Source: Gemmatimonadaceae bacterium
Lineage (GTDB): Bacteria; Gemmatimonadota; Gemmatimonadetes; Gemmatimonadales; Gemmatimonadaceae
Length of the DNA stretch: 64,000 nt
Assembly: GCA_044224875.1 (NCBI GenBank)
Contig: JBGAJQ010000015.1
Span: 1-64,000 of the forward strand
Direction: 5' to 3'
Shown: positions 1 through 8,078 of the stretch, piece after piece
Position numbering within the stretch: position 1 is the first letter of the stretch
Layout: every line of letters starts with the position of its first letter
Notes under the pieces: generated by a model
Told to the model about the DNA's origin: nothing
The model's database searches: none
What the model saw: only the letters and a program-made list of their open reading frames with translations
Position numbers and translations under genes: made by a program

Positions 1-70
1 GCACCTTCATTGGCTTCCACCGTCCCAACCCATTGTTAGATGATCCGCCTTGCTCGTAGCGAGGTGTCCT

Positions 71-598
71 CTAGCGGCGAAGATACCCCAGCAGCCGTTC
101 CAACCCGGGAAGTAGCGCTTCGAAGTCGACCTCACACTCATTCGCCTCCCCCTTGAACCGCGTTGGCAAGACGAAGAATCCATGTCGACGGTACCGGTCC
201 CCTTCGCCAGCCTGACCACTGTAGAGACAGTCAGCACCGGATTCGAACCGCGACAACCGTTCACCGAGTGCGAGTGTATTCCCTCGAGAGTAGACCGCGA
301 AGTTGAATGTCTCGTGGTCTGCCTTGCTGAACTGGCCTTCTGAGCAGATGGGCCCGCAGCCGAAGACAGGGTTCAAGAGCGGGTATTCAAACAGCCTGAA
401 CGGATAGACCCTCAGAGTGTGTTCGCGAGGCGACTTCTTGACAACCTTGTAGCCGACGTCCAACAGCACAGGTCGAAGTTGCTCGAGCGCTGCATGGTGT
501 GCGCGCGAGTCAGGCTCGTAAAGATCGTCATCGGCTCCTCTAATCTTCCGCGTACGCACATTCACCTCGGTCTCGAAGATACCTGCCAAATTGTCCAA
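71..598 (-). CDS. hypothetical protein (175 aa), co-oriented 11 bp downstream of the HEPN-motif gene
   Basis: Open frame with TTG start preceded by AGGA; plausible globular composition; no family recognised. Confidence 0.6.
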   Translation of the reverse strand: MDNLAGIFETEVNVRTRKIRGADDDLYEPDSRAHHAALEQLRPVLLDVGYKVVKKSPREHTLRVYPFRLFEYPLLNPVFGCGPICSEGQFSKADHETFNFAVYSRGNTLALGERLSRFESGADCLYSGQAGEGDRYRRHGFFVLPTRFKGEANECEVDFEALLPGLERLLGYLRR

Positions 599-609
599 TT
601 GTCGCAGTC

Positions 610-1803
610 CTACTTTGGCAAAAGCGCCGCCAGCTCCACCAAGTTGCCCACACAGCCGATACCGAGAATCCTGCTCCTAATCGCAACAATCCGCTCCCGC
701 TCCACCAGCGTCCCATGCGCCCCGTCATTGCGAATTCGCCGTATTTCGTCCATCACCGGAGGCAAACTCACCGCAAACCACTCCCCATTGTGCAAGTGCT
801 TCTTGAACCAATCATTCCTCCACCTATCCTCCCCAATCGCGATCGCCAGCTCACCCAACCCCCACGGCCCATCGCGCACCAGGTCCTTGCTCCGTCCATC
901 GATATTGATGTAGCGAACCTCCGGTGGCGCACTCGCCAGTGACGTCCGCACGATCCGGTTCACCTGCACCTCGAACGCCTTCGCAAAGTCCACGATGACC
1001 ATCGACAGGTCAAACGCCGCATCGTTCCGATGCGTGCGAAAGAGTTGCTCCGCCGTCGCAATGAACCCGCGCGCCGCCGGATCGAGATTCCCCCACAGCG
1101 TCGCGCCAAACCGGTTGTCGCGCAGATCGCGCTGAATCTCTCCCGTCCCCGCTCGCTCGGCGTCGAATTCCACCCAGTAGTGACCATCCGTCAGCTGCGA
1201 CCGCGTCCCCGGATCGAACCAGCGCACATCATCCGGTCGCGTGACGATCAGCGGTAGGTCCCGCATTCCGCCATAGAGGGAGACGCGCATGTCGTGATAT
1301 CGCGTGTCGCGCAGTTTCCGGAGCTCCTGCGACACCGCCATCGTGTCGTCCAGCACCAACCGACGGATGTCCCACAGCTGGAACCAGCAGTCGGCATGCA
1401 GCTCCCGATCCATATAATAGGAAGGGATCTGGGCACGCTCGCTGGCGTCATCCCGCACGTCGTCCTTCGAGATGGCCCCAAGGTGCGCGACGTAAAGCGA
1501 CCGGTAGTCGGTGAGGTACAGGTGGCACTCAACGCCGTCAGCTTCATGCTCGGCGTTCAGCACGTCGTCCAGCGCCAGGATGTCATCGAAGTGCGGCAGT
1601 GGCTCCTGACGATACTTGGAGCGGAGCTTCCCCCACCACACGTAGACCTCGTCTTCCGGGATCTTCTGCTCCGCGAACGCGCGCGCCTGCCGCAGCAACA
1701 CGGCAATGTGCGCATCCATCGCGTCCGACTCATACGACGGATTCCACACGCCGAGTAGGTGTCGGACCGCGGGTCGCGCGAGGGGCGGGGCGAGCTGGGA
1801 CAT
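610..1803 (-). CDS. HP0729-like protein with C-terminal HEPN-like (RxxxxH) domain
   Basis: Motifs HLLGVWNPSY, VWWGKLRS, LYLTDYRSLYVA, IPSYY, LYGG..DLPL; C-terminal FAKAFEV helix and RRIRNDGAH; ATG at 1803 preferred over the ORF-track start 1884. Confidence 0.6.
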   Translation of the reverse strand: MSQLAPPLARPAVRHLLGVWNPSYESDAMDAHIAVLLRQARAFAEQKIPEDEVYVWWGKLRSKYRQEPLPHFDDILALDDVLNAEHEADGVECHLYLTDYRSLYVAHLGAISKDDVRDDASERAQIPSYYMDRELHADCWFQLWDIRRLVLDDTMAVSQELRKLRDTRYHDMRVSLYGGMRDLPLIVTRPDDVRWFDPGTRSQLTDGHYWVEFDAERAGTGEIQRDLRDNRFGATLWGNLDPAARGFIATAEQLFRTHRNDAAFDLSMVIVDFAKAFEVQVNRIVRTSLASAPPEVRYINIDGRSKDLVRDGPWGLGELAIAIGEDRWRNDWFKKHLHNGEWFAVSLPPVMDEIRRIRNDGAHGTLVERERIVAIRSRILGIGCVGNLVELAALLPK

Positions 1804-2005
1804 CGGGCTCCGGTAGGGGGTCGTCCCCGGAGTGTCGCCTGCGGTCTTTAGTCCTCCGCCTCGCCCACCCCGGTGTCGTGCCAAACCCGGCTCTACTGTA
1901 CGGCGCGGGGCTGGCCTCGGCTAGGGTGGTCGGAGGGAGGCACCGCCGAGGTGAGCCAAAACCCGGGGGGACGTCTGTGTGACAGTGGCAGGTCACCATC
2001 CGGGA

Positions 2006-2050
2006 ATGCCCGAACATCGATTCACTCCGTATTTTGAGCGGGAGGTGCCC
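2006..2050 (+). pseudogene. N-terminal remnant (MPEHRFTPYFEREV) of the small toxin-like partner normally upstream of DUF2283
   Basis: 15 codons resembling the FTxYFExEV start of DUF2283 partner proteins, running in frame into the DUF2283 ATG. Confidence 0.5.
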
Positions 2051-2269
2051 ATGAAACTGAACTACCACCCTGAGACGGACTCGCTCTATATCGACCTCAC
2101 CGAACGCGAGAGCGTCGAGAGTCGTGAGGTGTCGGATGGCGTCGTGCTGGACTACGATGCGGCGGGCGTACTTGTGGGAATCGACATCGACAACGCGAGC
2201 CGAAAGGTTCAGCTGCATCACCTGACGCTGAGCAGGCTTCCGGCCGAAGTGGAGCGAGTCGCCGGGTAG
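2051..2269 (+). CDS. DUF2283 domain protein (putative antitoxin)
   Basis: MKLNYHPETDSLYIDL...DGVVLDYDAAGVLVGIDI signature; GGAGG RBS at 2041. Confidence 0.85.
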   Translation: MKLNYHPETDSLYIDLTERESVESREVSDGVVLDYDAAGVLVGIDIDNASRKVQLHHLTLSRLPAEVERVAG

Positions 2270-2522
2270 ATCGGCTTATTCTCTCGTGTTGACCGTCTGA
2301 TCCGTGCGCGCTTCATGTGCTGCGCATCGGCGTTGTTCGGCAGAGTACCAGCGCCCAGGCACGCTCTCCTCTGCCGAGCAGAATTACTGGAGGACTGGCG
2401 ACGGGCGCGAGCCGGCGATCCCTTGGTCCGCAATTCCTCCGCTGGAGCAGTCGACGGTAAAATTATTTACTAACAACAACTTACATACATTCGCACGGCG
2501 CGTCCGCCTCTCTGGTCTTGTA

Positions 2523-2557
2523 TTGACTGTGAGCAGTTTGCCTGTCATTTTGCTCAC
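2523..2557 (+). promoter_or_regulatory. putative promoter with overlapping inverted-repeat operator upstream of the AAA ATPase
   Basis: TTGACT (2523) - 17 nt - CATTTT (2546); IR GTGAGCA-N15-TGCTCAC (2529-2557). Confidence 0.45.
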
Positions 2558-2558
2558 T

Positions 2559-3710
2559 ATGTATACACGCACCCTCCCGCTGCCTGAGCGCTCCTTCTTC
2601 CTCTTTGGCCCGCGCGCGACCGGCAAGAGTACATGGCTGCGGCAGCAGCTGCCCGACGCGCTCCGCTTCGACTTTCTGCGACTCAATACGGTGTTGGAGC
2701 TGACGAGAGAACCTGACTTCTTTCGCGCGCGCGTGCTGGCCATGCCTCCCGGCTCCTGGGTGGTGCTCGACGAGGTCCAACGCATGCCGGCACTGCTGAA
2801 CGAGGTCCACGCGCTCATCACCGACCGTGGTGACGACTACCGCTTTGCGCTCTGCGGTTCCAGCGCGAGGAAGCTCCGCCGAATGGACGCCAATCTGCTC
2901 GCCGGACGCGTGATCCGCCGTGAGTTCTTCCCGCTGACAGGCGCCGAGTTGAACTACAAGTTTGAGCTGGACGACCTCCTTCGTTTTGGAACGCTCCCCG
3001 CGGTGCGCACGGCGCCCGCCGACAGCGTCGATATTCTCGATGCCTATGTGAGTACGTATCTGCGCGAGGAGATACGCGAGGAGGCGCTCACCCGCGACAT
3101 CGCGACGTTTACGCGATTCCTCACCGTGGCTGCCCTCGCCAGCGGTCAGGTCGTCAACGTCTCCAGCATCGCCCGCGACTCCGGCGTCGCTCGCCCGACG
3201 GTCGCTCGCTACTTCGAAGTCCTCGTCGATACCCTCATCGGCTATTGGCTGCCCGCATGGCGTCCTCGCGCGCGGATCAAGGAGCGCCATCATCCCAAGT
3301 TCTATCTGTTCGATCCCGGTGTCGTTCGAGGCCTCCTTGGCAAGCTGCGCGATCCACTCGGTGACGCGGAGCGCGGCCCTTTGCTCGAAGGGCTCGTACT
3401 GCACGAACTACGCGCCGCGCGCAACGTGCGTAACGCGGGTGGAGAGTTCACCTACTGGCGAAGCGCGTTCGGGTCCGAAGTCGACTTCGTTTGGAGCCGC
3501 GGCAGCCACAACGTGGGTTTCGAGGTCAAGGCGAGTTCGCGCTGGCGACGAGAGTACGGAACCACGCTGAACCAGTTGCTGGAAGAAGGGACTCTATCGG
3601 CTGGCTACCTGGTGTACACCGGGCGAGAAGTGCTGCAGGATCGGGGGGTGATCGTGCTGCCGGTCAAGGAGTTCATGCGTCGTGCGGCTGAGGGAGAGTT
3701 CTTCGCGTAA
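2559..3710 (+). CDS. ATP-binding protein, AAA_14 + DUF4143 family
   Basis: Walker A GPRATGKST, Walker B VVLDEVQ, CGSS, LAGR, PKFYLFDPG, C-terminal EVDF...GFEVK nuclease-like motif. Confidence 0.9.
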   Translation: MYTRTLPLPERSFFLFGPRATGKSTWLRQQLPDALRFDFLRLNTVLELTREPDFFRARVLAMPPGSWVVLDEVQRMPALLNEVHALITDRGDDYRFALCGSSARKLRRMDANLLAGRVIRREFFPLTGAELNYKFELDDLLRFGTLPAVRTAPADSVDILDAYVSTYLREEIREEALTRDIATFTRFLTVAALASGQVVNVSSIARDSGVARPTVARYFEVLVDTLIGYWLPAWRPRARIKERHHPKFYLFDPGVVRGLLGKLRDPLGDAERGPLLEGLVLHELRAARNVRNAGGEFTYWRSAFGSEVDFVWSRGSHNVGFEVKASSRWRREYGTTLNQLLEEGTLSAGYLVYTGREVLQDRGVIVLPVKEFMRRAAEGEFFA

Positions 3711-3904
3711 GCCGCGCGCGGGTTCCCGATGAATCGAGCGGCCGCTGTGGGTGCTTGACTGCATTCGTCGGCGAAGACCAAGCCCTCCACACATTCGGCC
3801 CATCCTTGCTCCACCCCTGCGATGTCTCGATGAGGCAACTCGGCGTGCGATCGTTACGCTCGGCGTATGTTCGCTTGTTCGCCCCAGATCGCCGAGCGTA
3901 CGCT

Positions 3905-4462
3905 ATGGCCATGCCCCACGCGAAAGACCGCTGGACCTTGGAGATGGTCCACGCCCTCCCCGACGACGGCAATCGCTACGAGCTCATCGACGGAGAGCTC
4001 TTCGTGACGCCGTCGCCAGCGACGCGCCACCAGCGCGCGAGCTTCCTGCTCGCGCTTCTGCTGGCGGAGTTCACGCGTGCGCAATCGCTGGAACTTCTCC
4101 ACGCGCCGTGCGCGGTGCGCCTGCCGGATGGTGGCGAGGTGCAACCGGACTTGTTGGCCTTCCCGCGGGTGCGAGGCGCTGATCTGCCCGAAACGGTCGA
4201 TGTTGCATCGCTGGTGCTTGTGGTCGAGATCTTGTCACCGAGTACGGCCCGCCACGACCGTCAGGATAAACTGCGCCTCTATCAGTCGAGCGGAGTGGCC
4301 GTGTATTGGATCGTGGACCTCGACGCCCACGTGATCGAACGGTGGCGACCGTATGACGCAGAGCCGGCGATCGTTCGCGCCAGCTTCGCGTGGCAACCGG
4401 CACCGGGGGGCGATGCACTGCACGTTGATGTGGCCGAGTACTTCCGGACGGTCTTCGAGTAG
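3905..4462 (+). CDS. Uma2 family endonuclease (start 3905 or 3911)
   Basis: LPDDGNRYELIDGELFVTPSP..HQ, VQPDL, LVVEILSPST...D...K...Y...GV..YWIVD. Confidence 0.9.
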   Translation: MAMPHAKDRWTLEMVHALPDDGNRYELIDGELFVTPSPATRHQRASFLLALLLAEFTRAQSLELLHAPCAVRLPDGGEVQPDLLAFPRVRGADLPETVDVASLVLVVEILSPSTARHDRQDKLRLYQSSGVAVYWIVDLDAHVIERWRPYDAEPAIVRASFAWQPAPGGDALHVDVAEYFRTVFE

Positions 4463-4557
4463 AGACATTGATCATCATCACGGCTCGCAGCGCCAGCAGA
4501 TCACCTAGTCCGTGCCATGACTTGACTTGTCTGGGCGATCGCCAAAGGTTCCTTCGT

Positions 4558-4755
4558 ATGCCAGACGCCAAGCTCGCCGACCGTGAACTCGAGCGCCTTC
4601 GCGCCATGTCCCCCGCCGAGAAACTCGCCGTGTCTGAGGCCCTCTGGCGCGACGCGTGGCGGCTGAAGGCGGCATCATTTCGCTCGCGTCACCCGGAGTG
4701 GTCAGACGCTCAGGTCGAATCCGCGACACGACAGGCGCTGAGTGGAGGACAATAG
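4558..4755 (+). CDS. small helical protein (65 aa), putative antitoxin partner of the nucleotidyltransferase
   Basis: RAMSPAEKLA...RSRHPEWSDAQV; overlaps the NTase start; nearly identical copy at 6303. Confidence 0.75.
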   Translation: MPDAKLADRELERLRAMSPAEKLAVSEALWRDAWRLKAASFRSRHPEWSDAQVESATRQALSGGQ

Positions 4756-5314
4756 CCTCATCGCGCTGTTTGTTCGGCCGCTCAACATGCTCGGCCTGCC
4801 TTACCTCGTGACTGGAGGTGTTGCGGCCATCGTGTTCGGCGAGGCTCGATTCACCCGCGACATCGACTTGGTCATTTCGTTGCGACCAGCAGACGTGGAA
4901 TCGATCCAGCGCGCATGGCCGGCTGATTCGTTTTACGTCCCGCCGCTCGAGGTGCTCAGAGAGGAGAGCGCACGCTCGATGCACGGTCACTTCAACATCA
5001 TCCACGAGGCGACCGCGTTGCGGGCGGACTGCTACGTCGCCGGAGACGATCCACTGCATACTTGGGCCCTCCAGCGCCCGAATCCGGTCCAAGTCGGCCC
5101 CGATCTCGTTAGGCTTGCTCCGATCGAATACGTCATCCTTCGAAAGCTCGACTACTACCGCCAGGGCGGCTCGGAACGCCACCTGATTGACGTGGCGAAA
5201 ATGCTGCGCGTGAGCAGTGATCTCATTGATGAACGGGAGTTGGCCATCTGGCTCACGCGCCTGAACCTTGGGACTGAATGGGAGCGGGCCACTCGTACGG
5301 ATCCCGAGTCCTAG
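4742..5314 (+). CDS. DNA-pol-beta-superfamily nucleotidyltransferase (DUF6036/AbiEii-like)
   Basis: VTGGVAAIVFGEARFTRDIDLV (GG + RxTxDxD), later KL...SERHLIDV. Confidence 0.8.
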   Translation: MEDNSLIALFVRPLNMLGLPYLVTGGVAAIVFGEARFTRDIDLVISLRPADVESIQRAWPADSFYVPPLEVLREESARSMHGHFNIIHEATALRADCYVAGDDPLHTWALQRPNPVQVGPDLVRLAPIEYVILRKLDYYRQGGSERHLIDVAKMLRVSSDLIDERELAIWLTRLNLGTEWERATRTDPES

Positions 5315-5492
5315 AGCCGGCCATTCTCTCCAAACCGTCATGCCGTGTTGTCGCCCGGACCCGTTTCGGTTCGAAATCATCGACGGCGTGATACTCGGCA
5401 TCTGGCCGGATGAAGAGGAGCTCTTTGCCGACTGGGACCCCGGCGAGCACGCGTAGAACTTCCCCCCATGGCGACCAGCGACTAGCATTGTA

Positions 5493-5504
5493 GTCACATG
5501 TGAC
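5493..5504. promoter_or_regulatory. palindromic operator GTCACATGTGAC upstream of phd-vapC
   Basis: Perfect 12-bp palindrome 9 nt before the antitoxin ATG; conserved as a 14-bp palindrome at 7221-7234. Confidence 0.6.
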
Positions 5505-5513
5505 CACATTCCC

Positions 5514-5807
5514 ATGAGAACCATCGGCATACGCGAATTGAAGGCACACCTGAGCCAGACGCTGCGAGACGTCCAGCGAGGTACACGCTATCTCGTGACG
5601 GACCGCGGTCGGGTGGTTGCCGAGTTGCGCGCTCCAACCGCGGCCGATACTGAGGAACTGTCCGAAGCTGATCGCGCGACGCTGCGCCTGGCGGCGAGTG
5701 GTGAACTGCGCGTCGCCGAGCGAGCTGCATCGAAGTACGGTGCCACCGGAGTGAAGGCCAAGCGTGGTACGGCAAAGTCGTGGCTCGACTGGACCCGCGG
5801 TGAGTGA
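5514..5807 (+). CDS. Phd/YefM family antitoxin
   Basis: MRTIGIRELKAHLSQTLRDV..G....VTDRGRVVAEL. Confidence 0.9.
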   Translation: MRTIGIRELKAHLSQTLRDVQRGTRYLVTDRGRVVAELRAPTAADTEELSEADRATLRLAASGELRVAERAASKYGATGVKAKRGTAKSWLDWTRGE

Positions 5808-6241
5808 TGGTCGCGTACGCCGAATCGAGCGCGGTGCTTGCCTGGCTGCTCGGTGAACCTGACGGAGCGATAGCGGCATCGGCGTTCAAGCGAGCGGATC
5901 ACGTCGTCGCGTCCGTTCTAACGGGGGTGGAATGTTCTAGGGCAATCGTTCGCGCGGCTCATCTCGGAGAACTTTCCAAGACCGATGCGCGCCGCCTGAG
6001 TCTCGCACTGGCAGAGGCCGAGGAAGGATGGCACCGGCTCGAAGTCTCCGAGCGCGTCCTGAGCGTCGCCCGAGCGCCGTTCCCGGCTGAGCCGCTTCGC
6101 ACGCTGGACGCCATTCATGTGGCGAGCGCCGTGATCGCGCACGAGGCATACCGGGACCTCGTCGTCGTGACCTTCGACAATCGCGTCCGCGCGAGTCTAG
6201 TGGGGCTGGGCATTCCGTTGATTGATGCGCCGCGGGCCTAG
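5804..6241 (+). CDS. vapC: VapC PIN-domain toxin
   Basis: AYAESSAVL, LTGVECSRA, LRTLDAIHVASA, VTFDNR; 4-bp overlap with the antitoxin. Confidence 0.85.
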   Translation: MMVAYAESSAVLAWLLGEPDGAIAASAFKRADHVVASVLTGVECSRAIVRAAHLGELSKTDARRLSLALAEAEEGWHRLEVSERVLSVARAPFPAEPLRTLDAIHVASAVIAHEAYRDLVVVTFDNRVRASLVGLGIPLIDAPRA

Positions 6242-6302
6242 GGTTCGCTCTTTGACTGATGACGCCTTGACTTGCACCGCCGCTCTCCGAAGCTTCCGTC
6301 GG

Positions 6303-6500
6303 ATGCCAGAAGCGACGCTCGCCGAACGTGAACTCGAGCGCCTTCGCGCCATGTCTCCCGCGGAGAAACTCGCCGTGTCTGAGGCCCTCTGGCGCGACGC
6401 GTGGCGGCTCAAGGCGGCATCATTCCGTTCGCGTCACCCCGAGTGGTCAGACGCTCAGGTCGAATCCGCCACTCGGCAGGCGCTGAGTGGAGGACAATAG
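6303..6500 (+). CDS. small helical protein, copy 2 (intact)
   Basis: Differs from 4558-4755 only at a few N-terminal residues. Confidence 0.75.
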   Translation: MPEATLAERELERLRAMSPAEKLAVSEALWRDAWRLKAASFRSRHPEWSDAQVESATRQALSGGQ

Positions 6501-7055
6501 CCTCATCGCCCTGTTTGTTCGGCCGCTCAACACGCTCGGCCTGCCTTACCTCGTGACCGGAGGTGTCGCGGCCATCGTGTTCGGCGAGGCTCGATTTACC
6601 CGTGCCATCGACTTGGTCATTTCGTTGGGACCAGCAGACGCAGAATCGATCGAGCGCGCATGGCCAGTCGCTTCGTTCTACGTCCCGCCGCTTCAGGTGC
6701 TTAGAGAGGAGAGCGCACGTTCGATGCATGGTCGCTTCAAGATCATCCATCAGTCGACCGCATGGCGCGCGGACTGCTACGTCGCCGGTGACGACCCACT
6801 GCACGCCTGGGCGCTCGAGCGCTCGCATTCGGTGCACGTCGGCCCCGATCTCGTTAGGCTCTCACCGATTGAATACGTCATCCTTCGAAAGCTTGACTAC
6901 TACCGACAGGGGCGCTCGGAACGCCACCTGATCGACGTCGCGAAGATGCTGCGCGTGAGCGGTTCCCTCATTGATGGGAGTTGACCACCTGGCTCACGCG
7001 CCTGAACCTTGGGAGTGAATGGGAGAGGGCCACTCGTACGGATCCTGAGTCCTAG
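6487..7055 (+). pseudogene. nucleotidyltransferase copy 2, inactivated
   Basis: TRDID changed to TRAID; 4-nt deletion (GAAC) near 6975 shifts frame to a stop at 6984, and the original C-terminus is still readable to TAG at 7055. Confidence 0.8.
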
Positions 7056-7317
7056 AGCGGCATTCCCTCCAAACCGTCGTGCGGGTGGTCGCCTGAGGTT
7101 CGAGATCATCGATGGGGTGATCCTCGGCATCTGGCCCGATGAAGAGGCGCTCTTTGCGAATTGGAACCGCGGCGCGGACGCCTAGTCGCTGCTCAAACGG
7201 CGGATCAGCGCTATCATTTTGGTCACATGTGACCACATTCCAATAAGAACAATCGGTATTCGCGAACTGAAGAGGGCTCTCTGGAAATGTTCGCTGTCTT
7301 GCCCGAGATTGGAAGGC

Positions 7318-7527
7318 ATGGTATCCGACACACGGCCCGAGGCTGAAGCGCTTGTCCGAGCGGCGGTGCAACGACAGGACCCCTCCGCACGGGTCAAAGC
7401 CGCCCTGGAACTCAGCGAGGCGATGCGTGAGCTGGCGCTCTCTCGGCTCCGGCAGCTACACCCCGAGAAATCGACGCTGGAACTCGTTGAGCTGCTCCTC
7501 GGCTATGAGCTGATTCCACGGAACTGA
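7318..7527 (+). CDS. small helical protein, divergent third member (MVSDTRPEAE...RQLHPEKS)
   Basis: Same layout (P..R...A.ELS...R..HPE) directly upstream of an NTase-like gene; GAAGG RBS. Confidence 0.7.
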   Translation: MVSDTRPEAEALVRAAVQRQDPSARVKAALELSEAMRELALSRLRQLHPEKSTLELVELLLGYELIPRN

Positions 7528-7533
7528 TCGCGC

Positions 7534-7912
7534 ATGTCGGTCGAGGGCATGCTACGCGACCTCTCGGAGGCGTTGCGATCGTCGAACATCCCGTTCATGC
7601 TGACAGGTTCTGTCGCTGCCGCGTACTACGGGGCCGGCCGAGCCACGATGGGTATCAACGTCGTTGTCGATCCGACGCCGGAGCAGCTCCTTGACTTTGT
7701 TCAGCGCGTCGGCCGTGGCGGTGCGTACGTGTCACTCGAACCTGCTCGCGAAGCGCTTGCCGCCCGGACGATGTTCAACGTGGTCGACCCTGAGTCGGGC
7801 TGGAAGGCAGACCTCATCATTCGAAGAGGTGGATCGACGCTACCTCGAGGATTGGGTTGCACGGCTGGATCTCACAGCACAGTGGCAAAGTGTCAACCCT
7901 TCCGGGCGCTGA
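7534..7912 (+). pseudogene. nucleotidyltransferase, third member, internally deleted and frameshifted
   Basis: MLTGSVAAAYYGAGRATMGINVV (DxD lost); after KADLIIR the C-terminus VDRRYLEDWVARLDL continues in another frame, about 60 aa missing relative to copy 1. Confidence 0.7.
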
Positions 7913-8078
7913 ATCGACGCAAAGCGACTGGACGCGTTCGCGTTCACCAATTCGCCCGCCCTGGCCGACAGCGGCACCGTTGGCGAGTTTCCTCGCGTCG
8001 CGATGCGTGAATCGCTAGCGACCGGGGGGTGAGGACCTAGCGATCGCGACGCCCCTCGTCACGTTGCTCGGGAGCGTG

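Larger units (their letters stand above)
4521..5543 (+). repeat. direct repeat copy 1 (~1 kb: small gene + NTase + orphan fragment + Phd operator/start)
   Basis: Colinear and highly similar to 6266-7272 by eye. Confidence 0.85.
6266..7272 (+). repeat. direct repeat copy 2 (degenerate)
   Basis: Colinear with 4521-5543; ends in a Phd remnant whose ATG has become ATA. Confidence 0.85.

Noticed and set aside
1..10. Possible start (ATG at 10, minus strand, MKV...) of a further gene in the leftmost operon
   Set aside because: Only three codons visible; cannot be supported
2304..2558. N-terminal extension of the AAA ATPase in the ORF track
   Set aside because: Covers an AT-rich promoter region; family-like sequence starts at MYTRTL (2559)
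4500..7950. Integron-like cassette array or CRISPR explanation for the repeated TA modules
   Set aside because: No attC-like GTTRRRY/RYYYAAC-bounded hairpins, integrase or short regularly spaced repeats seen; the repeats are gene-length duplications
8011..8044. 8-bp inverted repeat ATCGCTAG-N18-CTAGCGAT upstream of the DUF3427 helicase
   Set aside because: Short and without supporting promoter or terminator context; could be chance
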